Shown here in pieces: positions 45,715 through 55,355 of a stretch of DNA of 64,000 nucleotides. Under the pieces are notes generated by a model that saw nothing but the letters and a program-made list of their open reading frames with translations, was not told the origin of the DNA and did no database searches. The position numbers and the translations under genes were made by a program. The DNA comes from an uncultured Candidatus Saccharibacteria bacterium. Its GTDB lineage: Bacteria; Patescibacteriota; Dojkabacteria; SC72; JAFGCJ01. The DNA lies in contig CAZDUZ010000001.1 in assembly GCA_964508755.1 (NCBI GenBank), forward strand, positions 15,110-79,109. Reading direction: 5' to 3'. Position 1 is the first letter of the stretch, and the number at the start of each line of letters is the position of its first letter.

Positions 45715-45786
45715 AGCTGGAGGTGGGAGTCGGACCCACGACCCACGGTTTACAAAACCGTTGCTCTGCCACTGAGCTACTCCAGC
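45715..45786 (-). tRNA. tRNA-Thr (anticodon TGT) with atypical T-loop (TCCGACT)
   Basis: Reverse complement GCTGGAGTAGCTCAGTGGCAGAGCAACGGTTTTGTAAACCGT... has a good acceptor, D-arm and anticodon arm. The T-loop deviates from TTCGAAT at two positions. Confidence 0.55.
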
Positions 45787-46301
45787 GTATATTTTTCATT
45801 GACCCAAACCATATGCAATCTCTGGTTCTCTCCTTACGTGTTTTCCCTGTGTGCCGAATTATAGTATATCAGCTTGATATAGTGAAACAATAATCCCTGC
45901 TTTGTCTACAGTTACAGGGAATAATCAACAAAAAGCCCCACAACATAGGCGGAGAAGCGTATGACCTGTCCGGAAGAACAGGTGGGGAACCTCGCCTCTA
46001 GCCCACGGGCCAGAAGTATATGGAACCCCTGATGAACAGTAACGGGTCATCAGTCTCCTCCTGCACAGAATTGTGAGGCATTACAATTGTAGGTCAACGG
46101 AAGGGGTGGTGCAAGATCTGCCTAGTTTTAAACAATGGTTCAATTTTGACACAACATATCAAGATTATTTTATTCTGTCATTTGTAGATAGGGGTACAGT
46201 TAAAGAAGAATTATAAAAAAGGGAGCTCCTCGGTAAAAGTCAATTACAATGTATGCAAATTACACCGCATACAAATGTATAGATACGAACTAAAAAAAGT
46301 A
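45787..46301. other. 515-bp ORF-free intergenic region rich in local hairpins (candidate small structured RNA)
   Basis: No ORF of 60 aa or more. Hairpins CTGATGA-N11-TCATCAG (~46027-46052) and ACCTGT-CCGGAAGA-ACAGGT (~45966-45985). CACAGAATTGTG and TACAATTGTA palindromes. Confidence 0.3.
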
Positions 46302-46982
46302 CTAACCTATTAATATGGTAAGTATCGTATTCATCGAGGTAGAGAGAAACCGTTGAACAATAATACTTAACGGAGAAAAAGGAAGGAAAATTGCAAGAAG
46401 AATAAAAATTCCGAAGTTTTCAAGTTTTTCCCAATAATATCTCACCGATGCGGGAAGAAACGCACGTACTATTTTGTGACCGTCAAGTGGAGGGACGGGA
46501 AGCAGATTAAAAACAGCAAGGGTGACATTTACCATGATAAATGTTACTGCTAGTGTAACGACATACATCATTTCCGTGGAGATTTCTTCCACTGAAGAGG
46601 GAAGGGGAAGAAAGAGCCTAAAGAGAATAGCTGAAATACCTGCGGTGATAAGGTTAGACAATGGTCCGGCAAATGCTGAAATTGCGGTTCCCCTCACCGG
46701 GTTCTCGAAATTATATTCATTAATTGGGACAGGTTTGCTCCAACCAAATCGGGCGATTACCATCATGAGTGCTCCGATAGGATCGATATGAGCAATTGGA
46801 TTAAGGGTCATCCGACCGCTTGCCTTTGCAGTTGCATCTCCCAAACGAAAAGCCGCGTAGGCATGAGCGTATTCATGTATTGTTGAAGCTATTAAGATTG
46901 ATGGGATTGCAAAGAGAATCCACAGCATTTGATTGTCCATGTTTTTTCTGATAATATTCAGCCGAGTTTTTGAATTGTACAC
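46302..46982 (-). CDS. M50-family (SpoIVFB/site-2-protease-like) membrane zinc metalloprotease
   Basis: HEYAHAYAA (HExxH) in a TM helix and NLLPVPPLDGHKIV (LDG motif). The start may be an internal Met, e.g. MDNQMLW. Confidence 0.7.
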   Translation of the reverse strand: MYNSKTRLNIIRKNMDNQMLWILFAIPSILIASTIHEYAHAYAAFRLGDATAKASGRMTLNPIAHIDPIGALMMVIARFGWSKPVPINEYNFENPVRGTAISAFAGPLSNLITAGISAILFRLFLPLPSSVEEISTEMMYVVTLAVTFIMVNVTLAVFNLLPVPPLDGHKIVRAFLPASVRYYWEKLENFGIFILLAIFLPFSPLSIIVQRFLSTSMNTILTILIG

Positions 46983-46995
46983 TATCTTTCTTTCA

Positions 46996-47208
46996 ATGGC
47001 TAAAGTCTGTGTGAAATGTGAAAAATCAACAATTGCGGGGCAAAGAACTCGTCATCATCATGCAACGGGTTGGTTGTACCGTGCGCCTCGATCCAAACGG
47101 ACATTCAAACCCAATCTTCGCTCAGCAAAGATTGATATTGACGGCAAGACGCAGAAAGTCACTCTTTGTATGAAGTGCTATAAAGCGATCATGACCAAGG
47201 TTTCGTAG
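46996..47208 (+). CDS. rpmB: 50S ribosomal protein L28
   Basis: MAKVCVKCEKSTIAGQRTRHHHATGWLYRAPRSKRTFKPNLRSAKI... matches the L28 pattern (C..C...R.H...T.R.F.PNL). The real start is the ATG at 46996, not the track start 46933. Confidence 0.8.
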   Translation: MAKVCVKCEKSTIAGQRTRHHHATGWLYRAPRSKRTFKPNLRSAKIDIDGKTQKVTLCMKCYKAIMTKVS

Positions 47209-47327
47209 GTTACATAGTTATTGAACTTTCCCTTTTTTTATATTCTCTCTTTCCCTTTCCTTTATACCTAGAAATACCTCGATTTTTTCTAGAGTTATCA
47301 AAAGGGAAATGATACAATGCCCATGCC

Positions 47328-48377
47328 ATGTTCAACTCATTTTGGAATGCTGTCACATTAGATGTTGGTATCGATTTAGGTACTGCGAATACCCTCGTTT
47401 CTGTTGTGGGTAAGGGGATTATGATAAATGAGCCATCGGTTGTCGCTGTTCGTAAGAAAACCAAAGAAGTTTTGGCTGTCGGGAATGAAGCTCGTCAGAT
47501 GATTGGACGCACACCGGCAAGTGTTATTGCCATCCGTCCATTGAAGAATGGAGTAATCACTGATTTCGATACCACTCAGGCAATGATTCGCTATTTCATC
47601 GAGCGGGTGCATGATTTATCTGCGAAATTCCTAAAAATTCCACGTCCAAGAGTTGCTATCGGTGTACCTTCTTCCGTGACTGAAGTCGAAAGGCAGGCTG
47701 TGGTAGATGCTGCTCGAGGAGCTGGTGCTCGAAAAGTCTATCTGGTAGAGGAAACAATTGCCGGAGCGGTTGGAGTAGGGCTTCCGATCGAAGATGCAAG
47801 CGGAAGTATGATTGTAGATATTGGTGGAGGAACGACTGATATTGCGGTGATTTCGCTTGGAGGGATTGTTGTTGACAAAACGATTAGTGTTGCAGGAGAT
47901 GAGATGGATCTTGATATTCTGAATTACGTTAAGCATAAGTATAATCTTCTCGTAGGAGAGAGGAGCGCGGAAGAAGTAAAAATTGCTATTGGTTCCGCCT
48001 CTGCACCTAAGGAAGAAAAATCGGTAGTTCTTCAAGGTCGGGATCTAGTGACCGGTCTTCCTAAATCCATTGAGATTTCCTCGGTTGAGGCAAGAGAGGC
48101 ACTTATGAATACGCTCAATCAAATTACCGAGGCAATTCGCGACGCGGTGGAGGAAACTCCTCCCGAGTTATTGGCAGATTTGTCGAGTTCCGGGGTAATC
48201 GTTGCTGGGGGTGGTGCGCTTCTCTATGGTATTGATAAATTCTTGAAAGACCGATTAAAGCTTCCTGTCATTATTGCTGACGATCCAATGACCGCGGTCG
48301 CGAGAGGTACTGCGAAAATGCTTGAAAGACCAGACTTATTAAGTAAGTCAGAGGCAAGTTGGGAGGACATGCTTTAG
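47328..48377 (+). CDS. mreB: MreB rod-shape protein (paralog 2, adjacent to mreCD)
   Basis: VGIDLGTANTLVSV, AVIRPLKNGVI, VVDIGGGTTDIAVISLGGIV, LSSSGVIVAGGGALLYGID blocks. Confidence 0.9.
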   Translation: MFNSFWNAVTLDVGIDLGTANTLVSVVGKGIMINEPSVVAVRKKTKEVLAVGNEARQMIGRTPASVIAIRPLKNGVITDFDTTQAMIRYFIERVHDLSAKFLKIPRPRVAIGVPSSVTEVERQAVVDAARGAGARKVYLVEETIAGAVGVGLPIEDASGSMIVDIGGGTTDIAVISLGGIVVDKTISVAGDEMDLDILNYVKHKYNLLVGERSAEEVKIAIGSASAPKEEKSVVLQGRDLVTGLPKSIEISSVEAREALMNTLNQITEAIRDAVEETPPELLADLSSSGVIVAGGGALLYGIDKFLKDRLKLPVIIADDPMTAVARGTAKMLERPDLLSKSEASWEDML

Positions 48378-48533
48378 AATCGAAAGGGTTGGACATTGTT
48401 ATTTGTAGTACCGGAACTCAAAACATTTGATAATTAGATTGATTTCAAGTATAAGTCAAAGTAAGGATACGATGCGTGCAGAATTAGATATACTGCCGTT
48501 CTACCTATCTTTACTGTAACTCGTACACGGCAC

Positions 48534-49337
48534 ATGGATGTTGAAAGTCTTAGAAAAAATGGAACAATTGTCATCGTTGGACTTGTAATAAGTTTGTTTT
48601 CAATGCTTGCTTACGGATTAGGATGGTTTACACCTATCTACGCTTCGGGGAATTTTATTCTTCGTCCTATGGCGTATTGGGGACGAGAATTGATCAAAGG
48701 TGTAGAAAATACGGCTCAAACGGTTGGTCAAATATCCCTTCTTAGTAAGGAGAATGCTAAGATGAAAAATCAAGTTGCTCAATTAACTGCAGAACTGGGT
48801 GTGCTTCGAGAGGTGAAGGATGAAAATGATCAGCTTCGCTCGCAGTTAGGTATACCCCTCACCAAGGATTGGCAGCTTGTCAAAGCAATAGTTCTTGGTA
48901 GTGATACGTATGGAATTGCTGAATATGTCATTATTGATAGTGGCTCTAGTGATGGTGTATCTGTCGGAGACCCGGTGATTATTGGCGATATTCTTGTTGG
49001 GGAAGTGAGGGAGGTTCAAGACTCAATTTCCAAAGTACGGCTGGTTTCAAATACAGAAAGTAATATCTATGCAATTGATCAGAACACAAATGCCAAGGGT
49101 TTGGTGAGAGGGTCTTTGCAAGGAATTGTGATGGAAGAGATACTTGAAAGCGAAGCTGTTGAAGTAGGCGACATTGTGGTTACGTGGGAAGATGAAATGC
49201 CTGGTAAGCTGGTTATTGGTAGTGTTTCACGGATTGAAAATGTTCCCACATCTTCTACTAAAAAAGCGTATATTGATCCAGGATTTAACATTGAGGATAT
49301 TACTCATGTCTTTGTTGTTACGGGAGGGTTATCATGA
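48534..49337 (+). CDS. mreC: Rod shape-determining protein MreC
   Basis: N-terminal TM, coiled-coil (LSKENAKMKNQVAQLTAELGVLRE) and beta-barrel region, immediately after mreB. Confidence 0.75.
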   Translation: MDVESLRKNGTIVIVGLVISLFSMLAYGLGWFTPIYASGNFILRPMAYWGRELIKGVENTAQTVGQISLLSKENAKMKNQVAQLTAELGVLREVKDENDQLRSQLGIPLTKDWQLVKAIVLGSDTYGIAEYVIIDSGSSDGVSVGDPVIIGDILVGEVREVQDSISKVRLVSNTESNIYAIDQNTNAKGLVRGSLQGIVMEEILESEAVEVGDIVVTWEDEMPGKLVIGSVSRIENVPTSSTKKAYIDPGFNIEDITHVFVVTGGLS

Positions 49338-49822
49338 AAGATATTCTAAGGGTATTACTTCTTGCATTAGGTATTGTTTTATTAGAGTATGCGTTGTCTG
49401 AGGTGCAGAGTTTGAGACTATTATGGGTAGGAGCGTTGATATATGCGGGTATCGGTCGTTTCGGTCTTTCAGTCGTCTTGTCGCTTGTGGGAGGTTTGCT
49501 TCTGGATTCATTATTTCTTAATCATGCCGGTGCGACAAGTTTCAGTGCACTTATCGGAGTTCTGGTGTATGTAATTGCACACTCATTCGGTCTTACCGTA
49601 AAAGAGTGGCAAAAGATTATTGCCATAGCTTTAGCTGTTATCATGAGCATGATTACAGAATTTGTCCTGCGTTACTTACTCGGTGAATCAGTTGTAGGGC
49701 CTACGAATGTGATGTTTTGGGTACGGGTGGTTAGTGTAAATACTGCGTTGAGTGTTATCGGAATTCTGGTTGCGGACTCATTTGAACGTGCAGCGTCGTT
49801 ACGAAAGCAGGTAAAATTATAA
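49334..49822 (+). CDS. mreD: Rod shape-determining protein MreD
   Basis: 162-aa polytopic membrane protein overlapping the mreC stop (ATGA), in the canonical mreBCD order. Confidence 0.65.
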   Translation: MKDILRVLLLALGIVLLEYALSEVQSLRLLWVGALIYAGIGRFGLSVVLSLVGGLLLDSLFLNHAGATSFSALIGVLVYVIAHSFGLTVKEWQKIIAIALAVIMSMITEFVLRYLLGESVVGPTNVMFWVRVVSVNTALSVIGILVADSFERAASLRKQVKL

Positions 49823-49832
49823 CGTTCAGAAT

Positions 49833-51788
49833 ATGACTGGAAAAAAAGTGACACTTACAAAGAAATTGAACGGTGTTCCTCTACAAAATCCTATTCGGAG
49901 TAAAAAAACTGTGTCTTCCAGAAGTAACTGGAAGGACATTGGCATGGTTTCCGGTTATTCAATTGAACGAAAAGATACAGAAGAAGTCAGAATGTGGCAG
50001 ACAATGTTTGTTTTTATTTTCGCAGGTCTTCTTTTCGTTCTATTGGGTATGCAGGTTATAAATTTACAAGTTGTTGAGGGGAGAGATTTTGCCCAACGTT
50101 CAACGATGAACAGAATCGCAGAGATTGAAATGGAGGCAGACCGGGGAGTGATTTATGATAGAAATGGAGAGAAACTTGCGACAAATGTGCCATCATTTAA
50201 TGTCATCTTAAATCCAAGCGGGATGGAGTATGAAGAAGTGCTGGCGAGTTTAACTAATATAAGCGGAATATTAGAATTACCAACAGGTGATCTTGTAAAC
50301 GTGTATGAACAAGTTATAGAAAGAGACCCGCTTCAAAAGAGAATACTGATTGCACAGGATATTGATAGAGATCGTATTCTAGAAATTAGATCTCATACGG
50401 ATGAGTTGGCAGGAATTGAAGTGGAGTATTCTTCAAAGAGAAATTATCTTTATGGGCCAGTCTTTTCTCATATCCTTGGATATACCGGTCTTGCTAGTGA
50501 GGACCAGATCGAAGAGCGTAGTAATATTGCACTTGGAGATATTGTCGGGCAAGAAGGTATTGAATATCAGTACGATGAGATATTGCAGGGTGATAAAGGA
50601 AAGAAAATCGTTGAAATTGATGCGCAAATGAATATTGTAAATGAGTTTTCAAATGATGGTACTGCTCCGGTTCCTGGAGATAGCTTACATTTGACAATAG
50701 ATGCCGCTGCCCAGAAAAAGATGTACGAACTGCTTGTGGCAGGTATAGAGAAATACAAAGCAAGTGGAGGTGCAGCAATCGTTGAAGATGTGCATACCGG
50801 TGAACTCATCGTTGCTCTGAGTGCTCCCAGTTATGATAACAATCTTTTTATCGGAGGAATTTCTCAGAGTGAGTATGAATCTGTTGCTCCTCATTTATTC
50901 AATCGTTTTATTGGTGCTCAAGTTCCACCTGGTTCAATGTTTAAAACTATAGTTGCTGCGGCAGCCCTACAGGAAGGTGCGATAACAAAAGACACGGTAT
51001 TTGTCAGTACCGGTGTGATGTATTTTGGTCCAGGCTATCCATTTCAGGAATACCATCAACACGCCTATGGCGCATTAAATCTCATTGGCGGACTTGCTAA
51101 ATCTAGTAATATTTATTTTTGTAAGACAATGCTCGAACTTGGCATTGATCGATTTGTTCCTTATGCTGAATTTTTTGGAATTGGCTCTCAAACCGGAATA
51201 GACTTACCTGGAGAAGGGACGGGTCGTGTTCCATCACCTGAAAATAAAATTGCGCTTGCTGAAACAAGCCCGTGGCTTGATCCGATTTGGTATCCTGAAG
51301 GTGATACGTGCAATTCCTCCATTGGCCAGGGAATCACCACTGTTACTCCGCTTCAAGCGTCAAACTGGGCTGCAACAATTGCAAACGGAGGAAAGGTGTT
51401 GAAGCCACAATTGGTTTATCAGTGGGTTTCACCTGACGGTAATGAACGTAAAATCGAGCCTGTGGTGGTGAGGGAGGGTAAGGTAAGTGATGCAAACTTG
51501 GCTTTGGTTCGCGAAGGAATGAGAAATAGTGCTTCAGGGCCAATGAGTGTTATTTTCCCTTTGAGAAACACAAAAATTACAGTGGCGGCAAAAACAGGGA
51601 CTGCAGAGTTTGGTATAAAGGATGAAAAAGGTTCTTACACGAAAACACATGCATGGGTAATGGGCTTCTTTCCTTATGAAAGCCCCAAGTATAGTTTTAC
51701 TGTCTTCCTAGAAGGTGGGGGAGAAAGCTACAATTCTGCAACTATTGCGGCTGATTTTATTAATTGGTGGGCGGATAACAAGAAGTGA
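49833..51788 (+). CDS. mrdA: Penicillin-binding protein 2 (elongasome transpeptidase)
   Basis: SxxK (PGSMFKTIV), SxN (KSSNIYF) and KTG (AKTGTAEF) transpeptidase motifs. TM anchor. Position after mreD. Confidence 0.85.
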   Translation: MTGKKVTLTKKLNGVPLQNPIRSKKTVSSRSNWKDIGMVSGYSIERKDTEEVRMWQTMFVFIFAGLLFVLLGMQVINLQVVEGRDFAQRSTMNRIAEIEMEADRGVIYDRNGEKLATNVPSFNVILNPSGMEYEEVLASLTNISGILELPTGDLVNVYEQVIERDPLQKRILIAQDIDRDRILEIRSHTDELAGIEVEYSSKRNYLYGPVFSHILGYTGLASEDQIEERSNIALGDIVGQEGIEYQYDEILQGDKGKKIVEIDAQMNIVNEFSNDGTAPVPGDSLHLTIDAAAQKKMYELLVAGIEKYKASGGAAIVEDVHTGELIVALSAPSYDNNLFIGGISQSEYESVAPHLFNRFIGAQVPPGSMFKTIVAAAALQEGAITKDTVFVSTGVMYFGPGYPFQEYHQHAYGALNLIGGLAKSSNIYFCKTMLELGIDRFVPYAEFFGIGSQTGIDLPGEGTGRVPSPENKIALAETSPWLDPIWYPEGDTCNSSIGQGITTVTPLQASNWAATIANGGKVLKPQLVYQWVSPDGNERKIEPVVVREGKVSDANLALVREGMRNSASGPMSVIFPLRNTKITVAAKTGTAEFGIKDEKGSYTKTHAWVMGFFPYESPKYSFTVFLEGGGESYNSATIAADFINWWADNKK

Positions 51789-51902
51789 ATGAGGGTGAAA
51801 TTGGAATAGGGAGGTGTAAATAAATAACTAGCCTCTCTTTCTGTAATTCTAAAGCAGCTATTTCCTTTTTTTAATGGTAAGTTCATCTTTCTCTTGTAAC
51901 CT

Positions 51903-53048
51903 TTGTGGGTGGAAGATCTTCTTTTATGGCTGTATTCACAAAAAGGAATTGGATCTAAGAAAATTATTAATTTCTTTTCGAAGCACGAAACGGGGAATGT
52001 ATTGTATGACAGAATTTCTCCATTATTACGCGAATGCGGTTTACCTACGACAAATGCTCATACCTATCGAGAAGAGATAAAGAAGTTACGTGCTGAGATT
52101 ACAAAAAGGGGCTGTGCGATGGTTCCATTCTGGGACTCAACGTATCCTTTTCTTTTGTCGCAAATTCCTGATAAACCGGCATGCCTCTTTGTAAAAAAAC
52201 ATTATTTCAGTACACTTCTTCCGAAGTATACGGTTGCGATAGTCGGAACGAGAAGAATGTCTGGTTATGGAGAACGTATTATTAATAGTATTGTGAACGA
52301 ATTGTGTGATTATCCAATCGGGATTGTAAGTGGTCTTGCATATGGAGTGGATGCCGCTGTCCATAGAGCGGTGGTAAGAAATCCTGACAATAAAGCTCTA
52401 CCCATTGGAATATTGCCGGGAGGCCCACTACAAGGTTATCCTTCTGGTTGTACGGATGTGTATGAAAGCTTGCTTGAGAAAGGGCAGATACTGTGGGAAT
52501 TTCTCCCTGGAACACCATTACGGAAAGAGCTCTTTGCCTGTAGAAACAGACTAATCGCTGGGCTTTCTAATGCCACTATCGTTATTGAGAGTGATACTGT
52601 CGGTGGATCGATGATTACCGCCTCATGTGCCCTTGATTACAATCGTGATGTTGGTGCTGTTCCTGGAGATGTTTTTCGGAGTATGAGTAGGGGGACAAAT
52701 GAGTTAATAAAGGAAGGGGCAGCAGTAATCAGTAGCGCTACAGATATTCTTTCTCTGCTCTATGGTGTTCAAAAAGATGGTGTTCAGAAATCTCAGAAAA
52801 TCAGTCGGAAAGAAGACTCGGATTCGCGCTATTCAGAAATTATAAGCACATTATCTGGTATTTCTGCCGAATGTGCTCGTTCAATAACCGAGCATGTAAA
52901 TGGAGAAGGTTTGACCGTAGAAAACTTTGCCGAAGTAACAGGAATGCGCATAGAGTCTGCGCGCGCCGTCTTGACAAGGTTGGAAGTTAAAGGTATTTTG
53001 AGGCGCAATATTGCCGGAAAAATAATTTGGGGAGAGTCAATCTCGTGA
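51903..53048 (+). CDS. dprA: DNA-processing protein A (DprA/Smf)
   Basis: Rossmann-like DprA core VAIVGTRRMSGYGERIINSIVNELCDYPIGIVSGLAYGVDAAVHRAVV and a C-terminal winged-helix-like region. Confidence 0.8.
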   Translation: MWVEDLLLWLYSQKGIGSKKIINFFSKHETGNVLYDRISPLLRECGLPTTNAHTYREEIKKLRAEITKRGCAMVPFWDSTYPFLLSQIPDKPACLFVKKHYFSTLLPKYTVAIVGTRRMSGYGERIINSIVNELCDYPIGIVSGLAYGVDAAVHRAVVRNPDNKALPIGILPGGPLQGYPSGCTDVYESLLEKGQILWEFLPGTPLRKELFACRNRLIAGLSNATIVIESDTVGGSMITASCALDYNRDVGAVPGDVFRSMSRGTNELIKEGAAVISSATDILSLLYGVQKDGVQKSQKISRKEDSDSRYSEIISTLSGISAECARSITEHVNGEGLTVENFAEVTGMRIESARAVLTRLEVKGILRRNIAGKIIWGESIS

Positions 53049-55192
53049 AACTTGTAGTCGTAGAGTCGCCATCAAAGGCAAAAACAATAGGTAGATATCT
53101 TGGTTCTGACTTTGTCGTTAAAGCGACCATGGGACATGTGAAGGATCTTCCGAAAAGCACACTGGCTGTCGATACAGAGAAAAATTACAAAGTTGATTAT
53201 GAAGTGATTCACGGCAAGAAAAAAGTTATCACTGAACTCAAGAAAAATCTTCCTAAAAACGAGAATGATGTGTATTTAGCGCTTGATCCTGATCGAGAAG
53301 GAGAGGCAATTGCCGCGCATGTTGCAGAAGAGTTGAAACTTAAACACCCTCGTAGAATCGTTTTTCATGAAGTAACCGAAAAGGCAATCCAAGAAGCTCT
53401 TCATAATCCTAGAGAGGTAAACGCAGATTTGGTTGATGCGCAGAAAGCTCGCCGAGTGCTTGATCGATTAGTCGGTTACAAACTCTCCGGGCTTTTATGG
53501 AAGAAAATCTGGTATGGTCTTTCTGCTGGAAGGGTGCAGTCGGTTGCTACACGTCTTATTGTTGAGCGAGAACGGGAACGTCTATCGTTTGTGCCGAAAG
53601 AGTTTTGGGAAGTCCAAGCACATCTTCTCAATCCAGACAAGAAAGAAATTGTTGCGTCTCTCTCTAAGAAAAACGGTAAAAAGTATGTACCAGTCTCTGC
53701 TGAAGAGGTAGATGCACTTAAAAAAGAGTTACAGTCCTCAAGTTGGTCTGTAACTGATGTCGATAATCAGGAAAAAACTAGGCATCCGCTCCCTCCATTT
53801 ACTACGGCCACCCTTCAGCAAACAGCTAACAGTTTTTTGGGATATAGCGCATCTACCACAATGAAGACAGCGCAGCAACTGTATCAAGGAGTTAAGGTGA
53901 GCGGTAGAGGACAGCTTGGTCTTATTACCTATATGCGTACTGATTCAACAGCTCTTTCAGATCAAGCGGTTGAATCGATCCGTAAGGAAATTAAAAGCAA
54001 CTATGGTGAACAGTATCTTCCTGCAAAGCCCATCTTTTACAAAACAAAAAGCCGTTTGGCGCAGGAAGCTCACGAAGCAATTCGTCCGACTGAAGTCAGT
54101 CTACATCCCGATAGTGTAAAAAGCTCTCTTTCCGATCAGCAGTATAAATTGTATAAACTGATTTGGAATCGCGCGGTAGCCTGTCAGATGAATCCAATGA
54201 GATACACCGAAAGTATAGTTGGTATTGAAGCTATTCCAGGATCCAAGACCGTTTATTTATTTACGTTAATGGGGCGCTCCATTATTTTTGATGGATTTGC
54301 AAAAGTACTAGGCACATGGCTCATTAAAGACGAAGGCATGCAGGAGATCGATGTTCTTCATGTCGGAGATTCACTTGATTGTAGGAGTATTGAAGCACTT
54401 CAGAAATTTACTAAGCCTAAGGCGCGATACACAGAAGCAACGCTCATCAAGGCGCTTGAAAAACGAGGCATTGGACGGCCATCCACCTATGCCACCATTA
54501 TTTCTACTATTCAAGGGAGGACGTATGTGGCTCGTGATGGCAGGTATCTCTATCCTACGGATGTCGGTATGGTTGTGAGTGATTTTCTTGTTTCCCATTT
54601 CCCTTTGATTGTGGATTACGATTTTACCTCTCAGGTAGAACAGGATCTTGATGATGTTGCACAGGGTGAGAAAAAGTGGATACCGGTCGTGGACGATGTG
54701 TATGCTCCTTTTGAAAAAACTCTTAAGGATAAAGAGAAGTCTGTGAAGAAAGAAGATGTAGTCATTCTTAACGAATCAGATGTTCCCTGTCCTGTTTGTA
54801 AAGGGAAAATGGTGGAGCGTCTGGGGAGGGAAGGTACATTCCTTAGCTGTGCGAATTTCCCTTCATGTAAAGGAATGCTTGGAATGGATGGGAAGACACT
54901 GGAGGAGGCTTTCGACAGCAATCGTTATCTGAAAGCTGAAGTATGTTCGAAGTGTTCAGGAAAGATGGTGCTTAAGCGCGGACGTTACGGCCAGTTTTGG
55001 GCATGTGAGAACTATCCGACTTGCAAGGAAACGCTTCCACTACTTCTCAAAGAAGTCTGTCCTGAATGCGGAAAACCATTAGTCGAAAGAAAAGGTAAGT
55101 GGGGACGGATGTTTACAGGTTGTAGCGGTTATCCTTCTTGTTCGTACATTAAGAAGGAAGCATCTGAACAAAAGGTGAAGTCGAGAAACTAA
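53027..55192 (+). CDS. topA: DNA topoisomerase I (probable GTG start at 53045, overlapping the dprA stop as GTGA)
   Basis: Toprim N-terminus KLVVVESPSKAKTIGRYLG. Active-site region GLITYMRTDS containing the catalytic Tyr. Four C-terminal Cys4 zinc ribbons. Confidence 0.9.
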   Translation: MGRVNLVKLVVVESPSKAKTIGRYLGSDFVVKATMGHVKDLPKSTLAVDTEKNYKVDYEVIHGKKKVITELKKNLPKNENDVYLALDPDREGEAIAAHVAEELKLKHPRRIVFHEVTEKAIQEALHNPREVNADLVDAQKARRVLDRLVGYKLSGLLWKKIWYGLSAGRVQSVATRLIVERERERLSFVPKEFWEVQAHLLNPDKKEIVASLSKKNGKKYVPVSAEEVDALKKELQSSSWSVTDVDNQEKTRHPLPPFTTATLQQTANSFLGYSASTTMKTAQQLYQGVKVSGRGQLGLITYMRTDSTALSDQAVESIRKEIKSNYGEQYLPAKPIFYKTKSRLAQEAHEAIRPTEVSLHPDSVKSSLSDQQYKLYKLIWNRAVACQMNPMRYTESIVGIEAIPGSKTVYLFTLMGRSIIFDGFAKVLGTWLIKDEGMQEIDVLHVGDSLDCRSIEALQKFTKPKARYTEATLIKALEKRGIGRPSTYATIISTIQGRTYVARDGRYLYPTDVGMVVSDFLVSHFPLIVDYDFTSQVEQDLDDVAQGEKKWIPVVDDVYAPFEKTLKDKEKSVKKEDVVILNESDVPCPVCKGKMVERLGREGTFLSCANFPSCKGMLGMDGKTLEEAFDSNRYLKAEVCSKCSGKMVLKRGRYGQFWACENYPTCKETLPLLLKEVCPECGKPLVERKGKWGRMFTGCSGYPSCSYIKKEASEQKVKSRN

Positions 55193-55355
55193 CAACTTCT
55201 TCAACGCATTTCCACGAGTTTATTAATGATAGTATTTCTCTTGTTAATTCCTGCATGATTTTTTCTTCTGTTGATAAAGCAGGATAGACATCTGTTACAT
55301 TTCTAACTGTCTTTCGTTATACTGATAGTATCCAATTTTATCTCTCAACTTACTT

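Noticed and set aside
45940-46000. SRP (4.5S) RNA call on the GGAA-loop hairpin
   Set aside because: Helix 8 consensus (GGUCCGGAAGGAAGCAGC) is matched only loosely (UGUCCGGAAGAACAGG) and the flanking helices do not form convincingly. It is kept only as a generic structured-RNA candidate.
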